From the IMG/VR virus record IMGVR_UViG_3300032212_000010, positions 1 to 56,425 of that record: DNA of 56,425 nt; one strand, 5' to 3'. The DNA is from a virus. Lineage: Duplodnaviria; Caudoviricetes. The translations under genes and the position numbers were made by a program. Under the pieces are notes generated by a model that saw only the letters and a program-made list of their open reading frames with translations, ran no database searches and had not been told where the DNA came from. This document shows positions 27,943 to 38,512 of this stretch, in pieces; position 1 is the stretch's first letter, and the number at the start of each line of letters is the position of its first letter.

Positions 27943-29223
27943 CTAAACGCTAATATTATTGGCGCGTTGTTGTGCATTTTTGATTAAGGGATTTTCTTCT
28001 CCGCTATTGGGGTAAGGGGTGACCGTTGATGAAATCTGACTTTGATCAGATTCATCTGCCAGGGTGTTTAAAATTTGATGGCTGGCTTCTTCTACAGTTG
28101 AACCTTTTTCAATAAAGTTCATGGCCATGTCAAACCGGTTCATGGTGGCACAGGCATTTAATATTCTGGTTGTCCGTGCGCGTTCGGCTTTTAATATATC
28201 GTTTGTTAGTGTGCCGGTTAAGCGGGTGGTTATTTCTGTTTCGAGTTGTTGTTGGTTTTTGTTTTGGTCACTGGGTACGCTTTGACTTTCTGTACCACTT
28301 TGTTGTTTGGTCTGCTGATCGACCTGCGATTCAGGCTGCGGTGTTGCGGATGGTGTAATGGGTGTTTTTTCTGTCATGCTAATGGCCTCTTGGTGAAGTT
28401 GTGTTAATGCGTGATGAATCGGTGAAACAGCATCGGCCAGTCCGATGTCGACGGCTGCACCACCAAAGTAAATACCGGCCTGGGTGTTTTTTACCACCTC
28501 AACACTTAAGCCCCGGTTACGGGCAACGGTATCGACAAATAAGTCATAGGTGTCATCAACCTGTTGCTGCAGATTAATTAAGGCCTCATCGGTTAACGGT
28601 GCATGGGGACTTAAGTCATTTTTTCGATCCCCGGCAAACACAGTGGTCACCGCCAGTCCGTTTTGTTTATCATGCTCTGATTGATCGATGTGGGCCGCAA
28701 TCACACCGATGGAACCGACCCCGGCTGTACGCGGCACGATGATGGTATTAGCTGCACTGGCGAGCGCAAAGGCGGCTGAAAAACCGGATTCATTAATTAA
28801 GGCGGTAATGGGTTTTATTTGTCGCGCTTCATAAATACGATCCACTAAATCAAACACGCCATTAACTTCACCGCCGGGGGAATCAATATCGAGTACGATA
28901 TGTTCGACCTGATCATTTTCTAATGCAGCCAGAAAGCTGTTTTCAATTTCCGTATAGGACATTAAACCGGATAGCGCATCCATGCCTAAACTTCGGTGCA
29001 TTAACGAGCCATGGATCTGCACTACGCCCACATTATTATGTTGAGTAAATTTCGTACCATTACTGGATGGGTGATTGGCTTCTTTGAGTAGGTACTCACC
29101 ATCGAGTACCAATTCACCCTGGTCTAGTCGCGGTGATATCACCGAAAGTATTGTATTGAGCTTATGCCGGGCGAGCATAAGTGGGCTGCCCAATATTAGG
29201 GAAGCGATGTGTGGATATTTCAT
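27943..29223 (-). CDS. S49 capsid maturation protease (gpC-like) with C-terminal scaffold region
   Basis: LDIDSPGGEV, SAAFALASAA, GSIGVI, FVDTVARNRG. Confidence 0.92.
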   Translation of the reverse strand: MKYPHIASLILGSPLMLARHKLNTILSVISPRLDQGELVLDGEYLLKEANHPSSNGTKFTQHNNVGVVQIHGSLMHRSLGMDALSGLMSYTEIENSFLAALENDQVEHIVLDIDSPGGEVNGVFDLVDRIYEARQIKPITALINESGFSAAFALASAANTIIVPRTAGVGSIGVIAAHIDQSEHDKQNGLAVTTVFAGDRKNDLSPHAPLTDEALINLQQQVDDTYDLFVDTVARNRGLSVEVVKNTQAGIYFGGAAVDIGLADAVSPIHHALTQLHQEAISMTEKTPITPSATPQPESQVDQQTKQQSGTESQSVPSDQNKNQQQLETEITTRLTGTLTNDILKAERARTTRILNACATMNRFDMAMNFIEKGSTVEEASHQILNTLADESDQSQISSTVTPYPNSGEENPLIKNAQQRANNISV

Positions 29224-29290
29224 AGATACCTTTAACTGTTTTTAAACATGCCCAAAATTGGCATTCTGGATAGCGCGTATTAAGAACGCT

Positions 29291-30559
29291 CTACTTTGAT
29301 AACATTGCCGCTTTTAATAAGTATTGTGCATACTGGCCCTTTTTAACAAAATCATTAAAAATATCTTGCTGTTTAATAATAACTTGTATGCCTTTTTCGT
29401 CAGGGTCTTCTTTTCTTGAGTAACCACTCATCTTTTCAATTGGTACTAAATAATGATAATTGGGTGAACGAGATTCACCTCCTAACCCCAATGCAACCCA
29501 TACTGGCATTGGCTTATTTTTAGAAAAATTAATATAGCGAATCATCTGATAGAGCTTTGCCCAACTAATCTCTTTTACATTTTTTTGACGACGATAATAA
29601 AAGTCACTTCTGTATTTACACTCGATTGCAAGCACTTCTCCCTCGGGCGACTCAACAATCAAATCCGGATTTTCATTGGCTTCAACTTTTATATTCGATT
29701 CAAATCCTTTATCCGGTGTCCATTCTAATATTTTATACTGCCCCTCATTAACCAAATTGGCAGCAACACATATTTCATAACGCCGCCCAGTTAATAATCG
29801 CTGATAATTTTTATCATTAAAATCCACACCAAAATCTTTCGCTTCATCAACCACCCGTTGGTATTTTTTTAACAACCGATCATAAGATGTTTTCATCTCA
29901 TCAACACTAGCCTGATAACGAGCTTCTGATTCTCTTTTTGCTGTTCTCCTTAATTCTAAATGAAGCCGATTCATTTCCTGCTTCATACTTTCTGAAAGCT
30001 GCTTTTCTTTTTCTAAATATGTTTTTTGTTGCAGTTTAATAATTCGCTTAAGCTCAGAGTTTTCCGTCTCTTTTAAATCTGATTGTTCCTTATAATAATA
30101 TGCTTCAGCCAGATACTGATTTGACTCATTATGAGTCGTCTTTCTTTTTGAGGATTTCAACAAAAACACGATCAATAAAAACAATAGACCACTGCTTAAC
30201 AACGTCCATAGATAAATTACATCTAACCATCTCGACGACACATACCAACGACGTTCAATTTCATAACTTAATGCTGCACCTTTATCGTGAATAACGACCA
30301 CCTTATTTTCAAAGCGCACATATTTCCAGTTCCCTGTTTCACCTTTATAAGAAAATGGCAATGAATCACCTGATTTAAGATAACCAACAACTAAATGATT
30401 TTCTGAATCAACTGCGTAAAGGGGAATAGCGTCGTTAAGCGGATTTGTCACTACTTTTTTTGAATCAATTCCTAAATTGATATGATATTGACGGGTAATC
30501 TGCCCTGAGAGAATATGAATGAATACCGAGAAAACAAATAATAGGATTAAGAGTTTCAT
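29291..30559 (-). CDS. Moron: membrane-anchored PD-(D/E)XK nuclease-like protein
   Basis: N-terminal hydrophobic segment, SH3-like region, TM, coiled coil, then GRRYE...PDLIV...LAIECKYR. Confidence 0.65.
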   Translation of the reverse strand: MKLLILLFVFSVFIHILSGQITRQYHINLGIDSKKVVTNPLNDAIPLYAVDSENHLVVGYLKSGDSLPFSYKGETGNWKYVRFENKVVVIHDKGAALSYEIERRWYVSSRWLDVIYLWTLLSSGLLFLLIVFLLKSSKRKTTHNESNQYLAEAYYYKEQSDLKETENSELKRIIKLQQKTYLEKEKQLSESMKQEMNRLHLELRRTAKRESEARYQASVDEMKTSYDRLLKKYQRVVDEAKDFGVDFNDKNYQRLLTGRRYEICVAANLVNEGQYKILEWTPDKGFESNIKVEANENPDLIVESPEGEVLAIECKYRSDFYYRRQKNVKEISWAKLYQMIRYINFSKNKPMPVWVALGLGGESRSPNYHYLVPIEKMSGYSRKEDPDEKGIQVIIKQQDIFNDFVKKGQYAQYLLKAAMLSK

Positions 30560-30658
30560 TTGATTAAGTCCATTAAACCAGATGACCGCATTATACTATT
30601 ATTCGTCTTTTAACTTAAATATTTATATTCGGGCTAATTGACACCTATTAACCTTAAA

Positions 30659-32215
30659 TTAACTTGTCATAGCATTAGTTTTTTCCGATACATTATCTTC
30701 CTTATCATCTTCACCGTTTTCAATTACTTGCAAATTTCCTTGCTGCATAGCCCCACTTCGATTTAGTTGCGACGGGTCAGTATCAAACACCAGCCCTAAC
30801 TCTTCAGCCCGCTCATGATCCTCCTTAAACTGTTTATCCACATCTTCTATATCCAGTCCCCGCTCGGCCACCTTGGTTGCACGGGGAATATAACCGGCAC
30901 GGTTTTCTAAAATATCCGCTTGAATATCTTTCAGCGGTTCAACGTGTTGTAAACGCGGTGGACGCCAGTCGATGTTTAAATACTCGTGTCGGTTTTCAGC
31001 ATAGTTTGGAATATTTATCGCACCGGATAACACCGCGGTATCTAACCAACGACTCGCCACCTGACGACACAGTTGAAACTTTAATAACTGGCGTTGCAAC
31101 ATTTCCAGACGGCGACGAAATTCTAAAAGCCCTGCACGGATAGAGGTGTAATTCACCCCGGATAAATCCCCGGTCATTTGCTCATAGGTCACACCGATAC
31201 CGGCGGCCACATCTCGCAGTTGTTGTTGTACCCATAACAGCGTTGCTTTACCGGTTTCTGGTGGTTGGGATAAATTAACTTCTTCGCCCGGTTCTAAATA
31301 ATGTAAAGCGCCGGGCTGGATTCCACGAAGGTCATTGCCCGCATCGTCTTCACCTTCATCCCTGCCGATACCATCACCGTCTTCATCCAGGGGCTGTGTG
31401 ACAAATGCGGTGATCATGGCGGCGAACTTTTTACGCACCAGTTCCGCATCTTCGTACTGATCCAGCTCATACATGCGAACCAGTACCGCACTTAACCACG
31501 GGATGCCTCGAATTTGACCGGGGCGCAGTACGCGATAAACGTGAATAATTTCAGACGCGGGAATACGGATTTTTCCGGTATTAGCAATATTCATTTCACC
31601 GGGATGCTCTCGACTTAAATGATAAGCTGTGCGCTGACCGATACGGTTAAACTCAATGCCCATTTTTATCGGGTTGCCGTTTCTTGCAAGGGTGTCATCA
31701 AAGGCGTCCAGATGATCCGCTTCAATCACTTGCAGCTGTAAGGGCACACATAAACCATCAGCCATACGTCGTTGTCGAAAACGGATCAACACCTCGCCAC
31801 TTTCCATGGTGCTTCGTGCAATTAATGCCTGCAGGCCATAGAAATCTAACTGGCCATCCGCATCGGCTTCCAGCACCCAGCGGTTCCAGAGTGTCTGGAT
31901 TTGTTTTTTTATCTCTGGGTTGTCTTGTATTTGCCAGCGGGGAATAATGCCGGTGCCCACCATATTTGCGACATAGGATTCAATGGCGCTGGCCGCATGG
32001 GGGTTATTACGGATCACTTCCCGTGAGCGAGTGCGCAGCGTCTCCAGTGAGCCTAGCAGTAATGTATTGGGACCTGCCGATGTGGCTCCCCATTGCCCTA
32101 AGCGTCTGCCATGGCTTGCGCCTTCAAAGCTGGCATTCAATTTCTTATTAATATGATCCTGGCCACCTGCTCTTAATAATGCTGCACCGGTTTTTTGTAA
32201 TAACGCTTTAAACAT
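30659..32215 (-). CDS. Portal protein, lambda family
   Basis: LRTRSREVIRNNP, PLQLQVIEADHL, RPGQIRGIPW, TYEQMTGDLSGVNYTSIRAGLLEFRR. Confidence 0.95.
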   Translation of the reverse strand: MFKALLQKTGAALLRAGGQDHINKKLNASFEGASHGRRLGQWGATSAGPNTLLLGSLETLRTRSREVIRNNPHAASAIESYVANMVGTGIIPRWQIQDNPEIKKQIQTLWNRWVLEADADGQLDFYGLQALIARSTMESGEVLIRFRQRRMADGLCVPLQLQVIEADHLDAFDDTLARNGNPIKMGIEFNRIGQRTAYHLSREHPGEMNIANTGKIRIPASEIIHVYRVLRPGQIRGIPWLSAVLVRMYELDQYEDAELVRKKFAAMITAFVTQPLDEDGDGIGRDEGEDDAGNDLRGIQPGALHYLEPGEEVNLSQPPETGKATLLWVQQQLRDVAAGIGVTYEQMTGDLSGVNYTSIRAGLLEFRRRLEMLQRQLLKFQLCRQVASRWLDTAVLSGAINIPNYAENRHEYLNIDWRPPRLQHVEPLKDIQADILENRAGYIPRATKVAERGLDIEDVDKQFKEDHERAEELGLVFDTDPSQLNRSGAMQQGNLQVIENGEDDKEDNVSEKTNAMTS

Positions 32216-32433
32216 TAAAGTCCTTTACTGGATGTCAGTAATGCATATTTTTTACGCCCGTTACTTTTTGCTAATTCGCTTCGAATTTCTTTGCGTAAAC
32301 TTTTAAGCGACGAAATATCTGCCGGGCCATAGGCCACTGTTCTACCGTTCATAGAGATGGATACCACGCGCTTTCCCTGCGCTAAACTTAAAATCGCGAT
32401 TTCGATTTCTTCCAGATTCGTTTGTGTGTACAT
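32215..32433 (-). CDS. Head-tail adaptor, gpW-like
   Basis: AI..L..GKRVVSI...GRTVAY...DI..L; between terminase and portal. Confidence 0.85.
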   Translation of the reverse strand: MYTQTNLEEIEIAILSLAQGKRVVSISMNGRTVAYGPADISSLKSLRKEIRSELAKSNGRKKYALLTSSKGL

Positions 32434-32458
32434 ATCTTTTTCCTGATCTCGATGGTGC

Positions 32459-34351
32459 TTAATGTAGAAGGTTGCTCTTAACGACTTTGGGTCGACGTTT
32501 CTTTTTTATGGAGGTTTGCGACACCTCTTTTTCCATTAAAACCAAACGATGGAGTTTTTCCAGATTCACCTTGCGGTGTTGTTGCAATATCCGAATCGCC
32601 GCAAAGGCATACACCCGACAATCCAGTGCTTCGTTGCGCTGACCCGCGCCTTTTGTCCATTCAAAATATTCCATCCCTCGACGATACTTTTTAACTTTGG
32701 TTTCTGCGGTGGCCTGTTTAAAGTATTCCTCATCGTAGGTGTCACTAATCGGCCAGTGGCAGTAACCGGGGCCGGGTTCTAATAAACTGTATCGCTGGTA
32801 GATGGTTTCCTTTGCGGTGTCGGTACCGACCAGGGTGAGGTACACGCCTTTTTTATTTTTGCTGCGGGGAAAATCGGCCACGGGCCTGCCCGGTGTGCTT
32901 GCCCCTTTGATGGGGATCATCCAGCGCACGCCGTTCTTTTTGCTGAACTGGTAAACCTCATCGGTGAAGTGGCCACCGGAATCAATGCACACCGCTTTTA
33001 TATCCATTAAAATTCCATCTTCACGTTGGTGGGTTTTACGCAGCATCTCTGCGAGGATATTCCATATTTGTGGTTTGGTTAGATCACCGTACAACCGAAT
33101 GTAATCCACGGAGTAAGATTCCTCCCCCAAACCCCATGCCACGATTTCACATTCAAGACGATCATCCTGACAATCCACACCCGCGGTTAAAATTAAACTG
33201 CCTGCGGGTACTGGCGCGTTGTAATGCTCACGGCGCTGATATAAAAAGTGATGCTCGACGGTATCGCCAGTTTCTTCCCATGTTTCACCCAGGGAGGTAT
33301 TGGTCCACGTAATCATTAACGTGGGATCGCCCTGCTCTAAATATTTTTTCGCCTCCAGAAACTTGGCCACCACATCCTGAACGCGCGCTTTGGGAAAGGG
33401 CGAGTATAATTCGTTTAAATAAAACCCGGCAATGCCATTAAAGGGTTTATCCGCTCGCCACTCACCCTGTTGTAGGGCTTTGTTTTTTTGTGCGTTACTA
33501 AAGTCTTGCTCGCAGTGTTTGCATTTAAAGCAGGCGGTTTCAGGATCGTGTTTACCGTACACTAAATGATCCTGCGCTTCATTATCATTGTCGATTTGGT
33601 CCCACACCACCATCGTCCATTCTAGTTTTTGGAATTCATGACAATGGGGGCACGGAATATAAAAATGGCGCTGATCTGAGAGTTCCATCTCACGTTCAAT
33701 TTCAGAGACGGTTTTGATGGTGGGTGATCCGCCGAGTATTATTTTGCGGTTATGAAAAGTTTTACCGCGCTCGTACACCAACTTAAGTGAGTTACCCTCG
33801 CCGCCTGCATTGCGTGAACAGCGATCCGGTTCTTCGACCAGAATAATTCTAATCGGGGATGAGGCTAATTTACTCGGTGCATTGGAACCGACCAACTCCA
33901 GATGCCCACCGTGGAAGTTTTTACTTTCTAGCGTGTTACCACTGTCGCGGCTTTTTGCTTCGGCCACTTTGTCATTGAGCAGCTCCGTGTCCCGAATCAT
34001 CGGGGCCAGTTTTTCTTTGCTGTAGCGTTTTGCCATACCATCGGTTGGAAACAGTATCAGCATGGGTGCGGGGTCTTGATCGATGTAGTACCCCACCGCA
34101 TTATTAATCACCCCATCTGTCCAGGCGACCTGTGCAGATTTTTGGCAGACGATACGCTCAACGTAACGATCCGTTATACAGTCGAGTATTTCTTTTAGGT
34201 AGGGGGTCACGCTGACCCGATAGGGACCGGGTAGCGCACAGTTTTCTCGGGAGAGTATTCGGTTTTCTTCGGCCCACTCGGTGACGGTTATATCCGGCGG
34301 CGGGGCATAATACTGCGCCACATCCTTTACTAAACCTTGTGTCGCGTTCAT
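32459..34351 (-). CDS. Terminase large subunit, lambda GpA family
   Basis: TPYLKEI, KSAQVAWT, SPT, CPHC, WTNTSLGETW, TAGVDCQDDRLE, DSGG, RNEALDCRVYA. Confidence 0.95.
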   Translation of the reverse strand: MNATQGLVKDVAQYYAPPPDITVTEWAEENRILSRENCALPGPYRVSVTPYLKEILDCITDRYVERIVCQKSAQVAWTDGVINNAVGYYIDQDPAPMLILFPTDGMAKRYSKEKLAPMIRDTELLNDKVAEAKSRDSGNTLESKNFHGGHLELVGSNAPSKLASSPIRIILVEEPDRCSRNAGGEGNSLKLVYERGKTFHNRKIILGGSPTIKTVSEIEREMELSDQRHFYIPCPHCHEFQKLEWTMVVWDQIDNDNEAQDHLVYGKHDPETACFKCKHCEQDFSNAQKNKALQQGEWRADKPFNGIAGFYLNELYSPFPKARVQDVVAKFLEAKKYLEQGDPTLMITWTNTSLGETWEETGDTVEHHFLYQRREHYNAPVPAGSLILTAGVDCQDDRLECEIVAWGLGEESYSVDYIRLYGDLTKPQIWNILAEMLRKTHQREDGILMDIKAVCIDSGGHFTDEVYQFSKKNGVRWMIPIKGASTPGRPVADFPRSKNKKGVYLTLVGTDTAKETIYQRYSLLEPGPGYCHWPISDTYDEEYFKQATAETKVKKYRRGMEYFEWTKGAGQRNEALDCRVYAFAAIRILQQHRKVNLEKLHRLVLMEKEVSQTSIKKKRRPKVVKSNLLH

Positions 34352-34366
34352 GTAGTGTCTTTTTAA

Positions 34367-34900
34367 TTAACTGGGTTGTGTGTTCTCTATATCGTCTTGG
34401 GTTTCTGTTGTTTCGCGCTGGGTGTTTTCATCATTGTCCGGTTTATCTTCATAGGTCGAAAGATTCGTTAAGATAACGCGCACTTCCACGTCAATAATAT
34501 CTCGCTCTTTATCACTCAATGTCAGCATTTGTTTTAGCCGATCCGGCAGCGCAAGAAAACCGATTTTAGTAGCGATGACTAATCGCGACCAAACCGCTTT
34601 CACTTCATGTGCCGGTAGCAGGTGACCGCGCTTTGCTTGCAGCTCTAACTCTTTGTCATCGGCCTGCGCTTTAATGAGCCTTAATCGCTGGGCTTGTATG
34701 TCCGTGGTTTTCACTTCCTGTCCCAGTGCGCGATCTTGTAAATACGTAACATACCCTCGCACGGCTCCCACCAGTTCATATTTACCGCGCTCGGCTTTTG
34801 GGATTATTCCTTCTTTCGCTAATTGTTGTATGCGACGCTCACTTAAGTTAAACAGTTTTGCGATGGTGGACGCGGGGTACAGCGGTAGCTTGTTACTCAT
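34367..34900 (-). CDS. Terminase small subunit, Nu1-like
   Basis: N-terminal wHTH IAKLFNLSERRIQQLAKEGII...GKYEL, then coiled coil. Confidence 0.88.
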   Translation of the reverse strand: MSNKLPLYPASTIAKLFNLSERRIQQLAKEGIIPKAERGKYELVGAVRGYVTYLQDRALGQEVKTTDIQAQRLRLIKAQADDKELELQAKRGHLLPAHEVKAVWSRLVIATKIGFLALPDRLKQMLTLSDKERDIIDVEVRVILTNLSTYEDKPDNDENTQRETTETQDDIENTQPS

Positions 34901-36501
34901 TACGCGGCCTCAGTATTTGATGTCTCGTTTTTATTTTTCTCTCGTTTATTTTTAACCTCATCAAAGCTTCGCTCATCACTTTCTAATGTGGCCTTTTTTC
35001 CGGTGTAGGCTTGCCAGCGTTTAATGATGACGTCCACCCACTCGGGTAACAGTTCCATGGTGTAGCACGTTCGACGGGTTGTTTCACAGGCCATGAGGGT
35101 TGCACCGCTGCCACCGAAGGGTTCAATGATGATGTCATTTTTTTCGCTGCTGGATTTCATCGCCCGTGCAATCATTTCCACCGGTTTGGGTGTGGCATGG
35201 CCGTGACGATCATCACCTTTGACGCGCTCGAAGCACCAGACGTTGGTCATGTTTTCATGAGCGTTATTAAAGTAGGCGCGGGTTTTATAAAATTCTGTGC
35301 GGATACTTTCATGATCTTTGAGCAGGGATGTGTGCTCGGACTTGGTTTCATCGTAAGGGCGCAGAAATGCTTTACCCTTTGCGGCGTTTTGAAGCTTTTC
35401 ATAGTTTTCTTTTGAGATCATTGTCCATTGTGATGGGGTAAACCAGTGGGAGAACATATGAGTGCCAGTCATCTCATGGATGTCTTTTGCCGCCCAGTTC
35501 ATTTTTTTGCGCTCAGTATCTAAGTATTGGCGCAAGGGTTCCCAGCCTTCCCAATAGTTTTCCGCATTGTTATTAAAACCCTGCTCACCGAGCATGAAAA
35601 ACAAACAGCGTTCGGTTTGTTCCGGGTAGCCGCGCATTTCTGGGGAGGACATGCCGATGGCATCGGCATTGCCTTTGATGGTGACTTTGGCCCAGACGAT
35701 TTCATTGCGCAGGGTGAGATGTTCACTTTTTTGTAACCCACCCCTATACCAGAGCCGCCATAGGTCTGGGGCATTGCCCCAGATATAGACGCTGGCGTTA
35801 TCAATTAAAAAAGGTCTAAAGGTCGCCCACCATTCCAGTTGGAATTGATCGAGCTTGTCTTCGTATAAATTATCGTTGGCAACGCCGTCTTTTTGTTTAC
35901 CCATGCCATAAGGGGGATCGGCGTGAAGCAGTGTGGCACGTTTACCGTTCATTAATTTATCCACCGCATCAATATAGGTACTGTCGCCGCACATGACGCG
36001 GTGTTTACCCAGCAGCCAAACATCACCGGGTACACTGACAGGGTCTTCGGGTATTTCAGGGATGTCATTTGCATCGGTGAGGCCTTCTTCATCTTCGAAC
36101 AACTCTTCAAGCTCCATCAGTTCGGATAGCTCATCCTCATCAAAACCGGTCAGATCTAAATCAAAATCCAGACCATCCAGTTCGTGGAGTTCGAGTGCGA
36201 GTAATTCGCTGTCCCATTCGGCCTCCTCCCCTACGCGGTTATCCGCAAGGCGATAAGCTTTTACTTGCTCGGGGGTTAAGTCATCGGCTATTAAGATGGG
36301 CACCTCTTTGAGGTTTAACTGTTGGGCGGCGAGCAGCCGGGTGTGACCCACGATGATGACCATTTTGATGTCTACGACGATGGGTTGTTTCCAGCCAAAT
36401 TCTTTTATTGATGCAGCGACCTTACCCACAGCCTGCTCGTTACACCTTGGATTGCGGGCATAGGGAACTATCTGTTCAATGGGCTTCCATTGGACCTTCA
36501 T
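34900..36501 (-). CDS. ParB-N-fused DNA amino-methyltransferase (N6/N4, beta class)
   Basis: PYARNPR...SIKEFGW..PI...GHTRL.AA (ParB); DPPY; HATPKPV; EPFGGSGAT; ATG 36501 preferred. Confidence 0.9.
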   Translation of the reverse strand: MKVQWKPIEQIVPYARNPRCNEQAVGKVAASIKEFGWKQPIVVDIKMVIIVGHTRLLAAQQLNLKEVPILIADDLTPEQVKAYRLADNRVGEEAEWDSELLALELHELDGLDFDLDLTGFDEDELSELMELEELFEDEEGLTDANDIPEIPEDPVSVPGDVWLLGKHRVMCGDSTYIDAVDKLMNGKRATLLHADPPYGMGKQKDGVANDNLYEDKLDQFQLEWWATFRPFLIDNASVYIWGNAPDLWRLWYRGGLQKSEHLTLRNEIVWAKVTIKGNADAIGMSSPEMRGYPEQTERCLFFMLGEQGFNNNAENYWEGWEPLRQYLDTERKKMNWAAKDIHEMTGTHMFSHWFTPSQWTMISKENYEKLQNAAKGKAFLRPYDETKSEHTSLLKDHESIRTEFYKTRAYFNNAHENMTNVWCFERVKGDDRHGHATPKPVEMIARAMKSSSEKNDIIIEPFGGSGATLMACETTRRTCYTMELLPEWVDVIIKRWQAYTGKKATLESDERSFDEVKNKREKNKNETSNTEAA

Positions 36502-36561
36502 ACATGACCTCGTGGGTAGGGATTTTGTGTTTGAGTGCTTGTTACATTTTCTACAAGCCAT

Positions 36562-36592
36562 AAAAAACCCAGCAACCTTATCAGCGCTGGGT
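36562..36592 (-). terminator. Terminator after the HEPN gene
   Basis: ACCCAGC/GCTGGGT stem with U-tract on the minus strand. Confidence 0.55.
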
Positions 36593-36625
36593 AAATACTT
36601 AGGTAATAATTACTTTCTTATCAGC

Positions 36626-38014
36626 TCAAATGTAATGTATAGCCCTTTCAAGTTTAGCCGATAATTTCCAATTATTTTTTACAGAATCTGCCGATTCCTC
36701 AATACTACATTCAAGCAATAGCAGTAAATTAAGCTGAAATAATATTTCCATAAAATCACATAAGTAACTCATACTTGTTATAGATGCAGCTTGCTTCGTT
36801 AATGACTCATCGTAGTGAGTCAAATAGTTTCTATTATTAACAATTTTTGTTGTAATCCGACTTCTTTTCTCTGAGTTCCCAAGCAAGAACGAAAATGGCT
36901 TAATTAGCTTCTTTAGTCTAAACCTAAGATTTGGTTCATTTCCATACTTAAGCCTTCCTTCTATCCATTCTCTATGCTCTTTTGGAACAGAATCAAGAAC
37001 TTCATGTACTTTAGTCTCGTACTCACTTTTCGAAAACACACTATTACAATACAATCTTCTATGCAATGACTCTAAAGCATTCACCATAGAAGAAAAACGT
37101 TGTTCAATAAGAATATTTTTCCCGTGCATTACAGAAAAATAAAGATTAAGTGAAGGTAATATTTTATCGTACAGAATACGCCACCGATTCACAATTTCAG
37201 GAAATCTATCTTTTATATCTTCATAATTTAACAGTACATCCCGTCCATAAAAAGGAGATATAGAATCATGATCCATGAATGACTGAGAATAAATATCCAT
37301 ATATATTGGATTGCTTCTCTCATCAACTATTTCTGAATTAAACGCATGTATAATTTTCAACGGTAAACGATGATTTGAAACGAAACAAAAAAAATTAGAA
37401 AATTTCCACACGTACCGTAACAATTCATTAATACTGAATATTTCCTCATTGCTTTCTATAGATACTACTGGCTTTTGAGATAATTCGACACTCTCATGGT
37501 AATAGTATGTCATTGGTAAACTGGAAAAAAATTTAAACCCAAATAACAACCCCGGACAAATTGTATATTTTTCTTTTTCCAATAAGTTAAATTTTACAGT
37601 GCTTACTTTAAGATCATCAGAATGTTCTATCTTTATCCCTGATTTCAATAGCCATGAACCAAGATGCTCTAGCTCAAAATCGACTCCGGTAAAGGCAACA
37701 TCATCTATACTGCAAAAACCATATCCAATAACCGTATGCTTAGAATACAACTCTGTATACGCGTACCCATTACCCCAAAAAGATGAACTTTCAACATAGC
37801 TATCTATAAGAGTTACGTCTTTACTGTTTTGCAATCGCCCTAAAATTATCGAGTATTTACTTATTTCTTTAACATCATGACCATCAAACTTGCCCATAAG
37901 TTTCAAACAACATCGCCCATTAGATTCAATAACCAATGTGCCAGGGATTTTTTTATCCGGGTACTCTGGTAGCCACCAATACCCCCGCTTCTCCATCAAC
38001 TCTTCTATTTTCAT
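36626..38014 (-). CDS. ApeA-like HEPN RNase (anti-phage candidate)
   Basis: N-terminal GYWWLPE....IPGTL; ALESLHR; HEPN RxxxxH motif RNYLTH; AT-rich. Confidence 0.8.
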   Translation of the reverse strand: MKIEELMEKRGYWWLPEYPDKKIPGTLVIESNGRCCLKLMGKFDGHDVKEISKYSIILGRLQNSKDVTLIDSYVESSSFWGNGYAYTELYSKHTVIGYGFCSIDDVAFTGVDFELEHLGSWLLKSGIKIEHSDDLKVSTVKFNLLEKEKYTICPGLLFGFKFFSSLPMTYYYHESVELSQKPVVSIESNEEIFSINELLRYVWKFSNFFCFVSNHRLPLKIIHAFNSEIVDERSNPIYMDIYSQSFMDHDSISPFYGRDVLLNYEDIKDRFPEIVNRWRILYDKILPSLNLYFSVMHGKNILIEQRFSSMVNALESLHRRLYCNSVFSKSEYETKVHEVLDSVPKEHREWIEGRLKYGNEPNLRFRLKKLIKPFSFLLGNSEKRSRITTKIVNNRNYLTHYDESLTKQAASITSMSYLCDFMEILFQLNLLLLLECSIEESADSVKNNWKLSAKLERAIHYI

Positions 38015-38169
38015 ATAAAAAATTCTTTAATATATGTTATATCTGACTCTCTAAAGATGCACTATTTCGTATTACAGATCAACAACAATCAAAAATAATC
38101 AATAAAATCAATTGCTTATTAAAAGCGACGCCTGCTTTAACGAAACGAAATGCGTTTTTAAATTCTGTG

Positions 38170-38228
38170 ACTAGAAAGAGAACGCGCTGCGAATGACCCT
38201 CGCCTTTTTAGGCTTTAGGAAGAACCTA
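38170..38228 (-). other. Candidate cos site
   Basis: Minus strand AGGTTCTTCC (cosQ-like) followed by GC-rich GGCGAGGGTCATTCGCAGCGCG, non-coding, upstream of the packaging genes. Confidence 0.4.
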
Positions 38229-38356
38229 TGACTCTTGTGCTGGTTGTTCTCTCATCATGCAAGGAGATATGTACGCCCTGATTAACATTGCTTAGAAACA
38301 ATTACAGGGCGTTATATTTTATTGATTTCTGTTTATATATTAGAGCAGAGAGATTG

Positions 38357-38512
38357 TTATTTCTTGTTCTTGAATTTTTCCACTGACTCTTTCTGTTTAG
38401 TGATTTCAGATACCATCATTTTTACTGCCTGCGAATTATTCTTTAAGACTTGTTTAGCCTCGTCAACATCTGATACTTCTTTAGGAAATTTTTCAGAATT
38501 ATCATTACTCAT
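38357..38512 (-). CDS. Microprotein 2 of GNAT module A (51 aa)
   Basis: MSNDNSEKFPKEVSDVDEAKQVLKNNSQAVKMMVSEITKQKESVEKFKNKK; start overlaps the previous gene's end; below ORF-track cutoff. Confidence 0.55.
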   Translation of the reverse strand: MSNDNSEKFPKEVSDVDEAKQVLKNNSQAVKMMVSEITKQKESVEKFKNKK

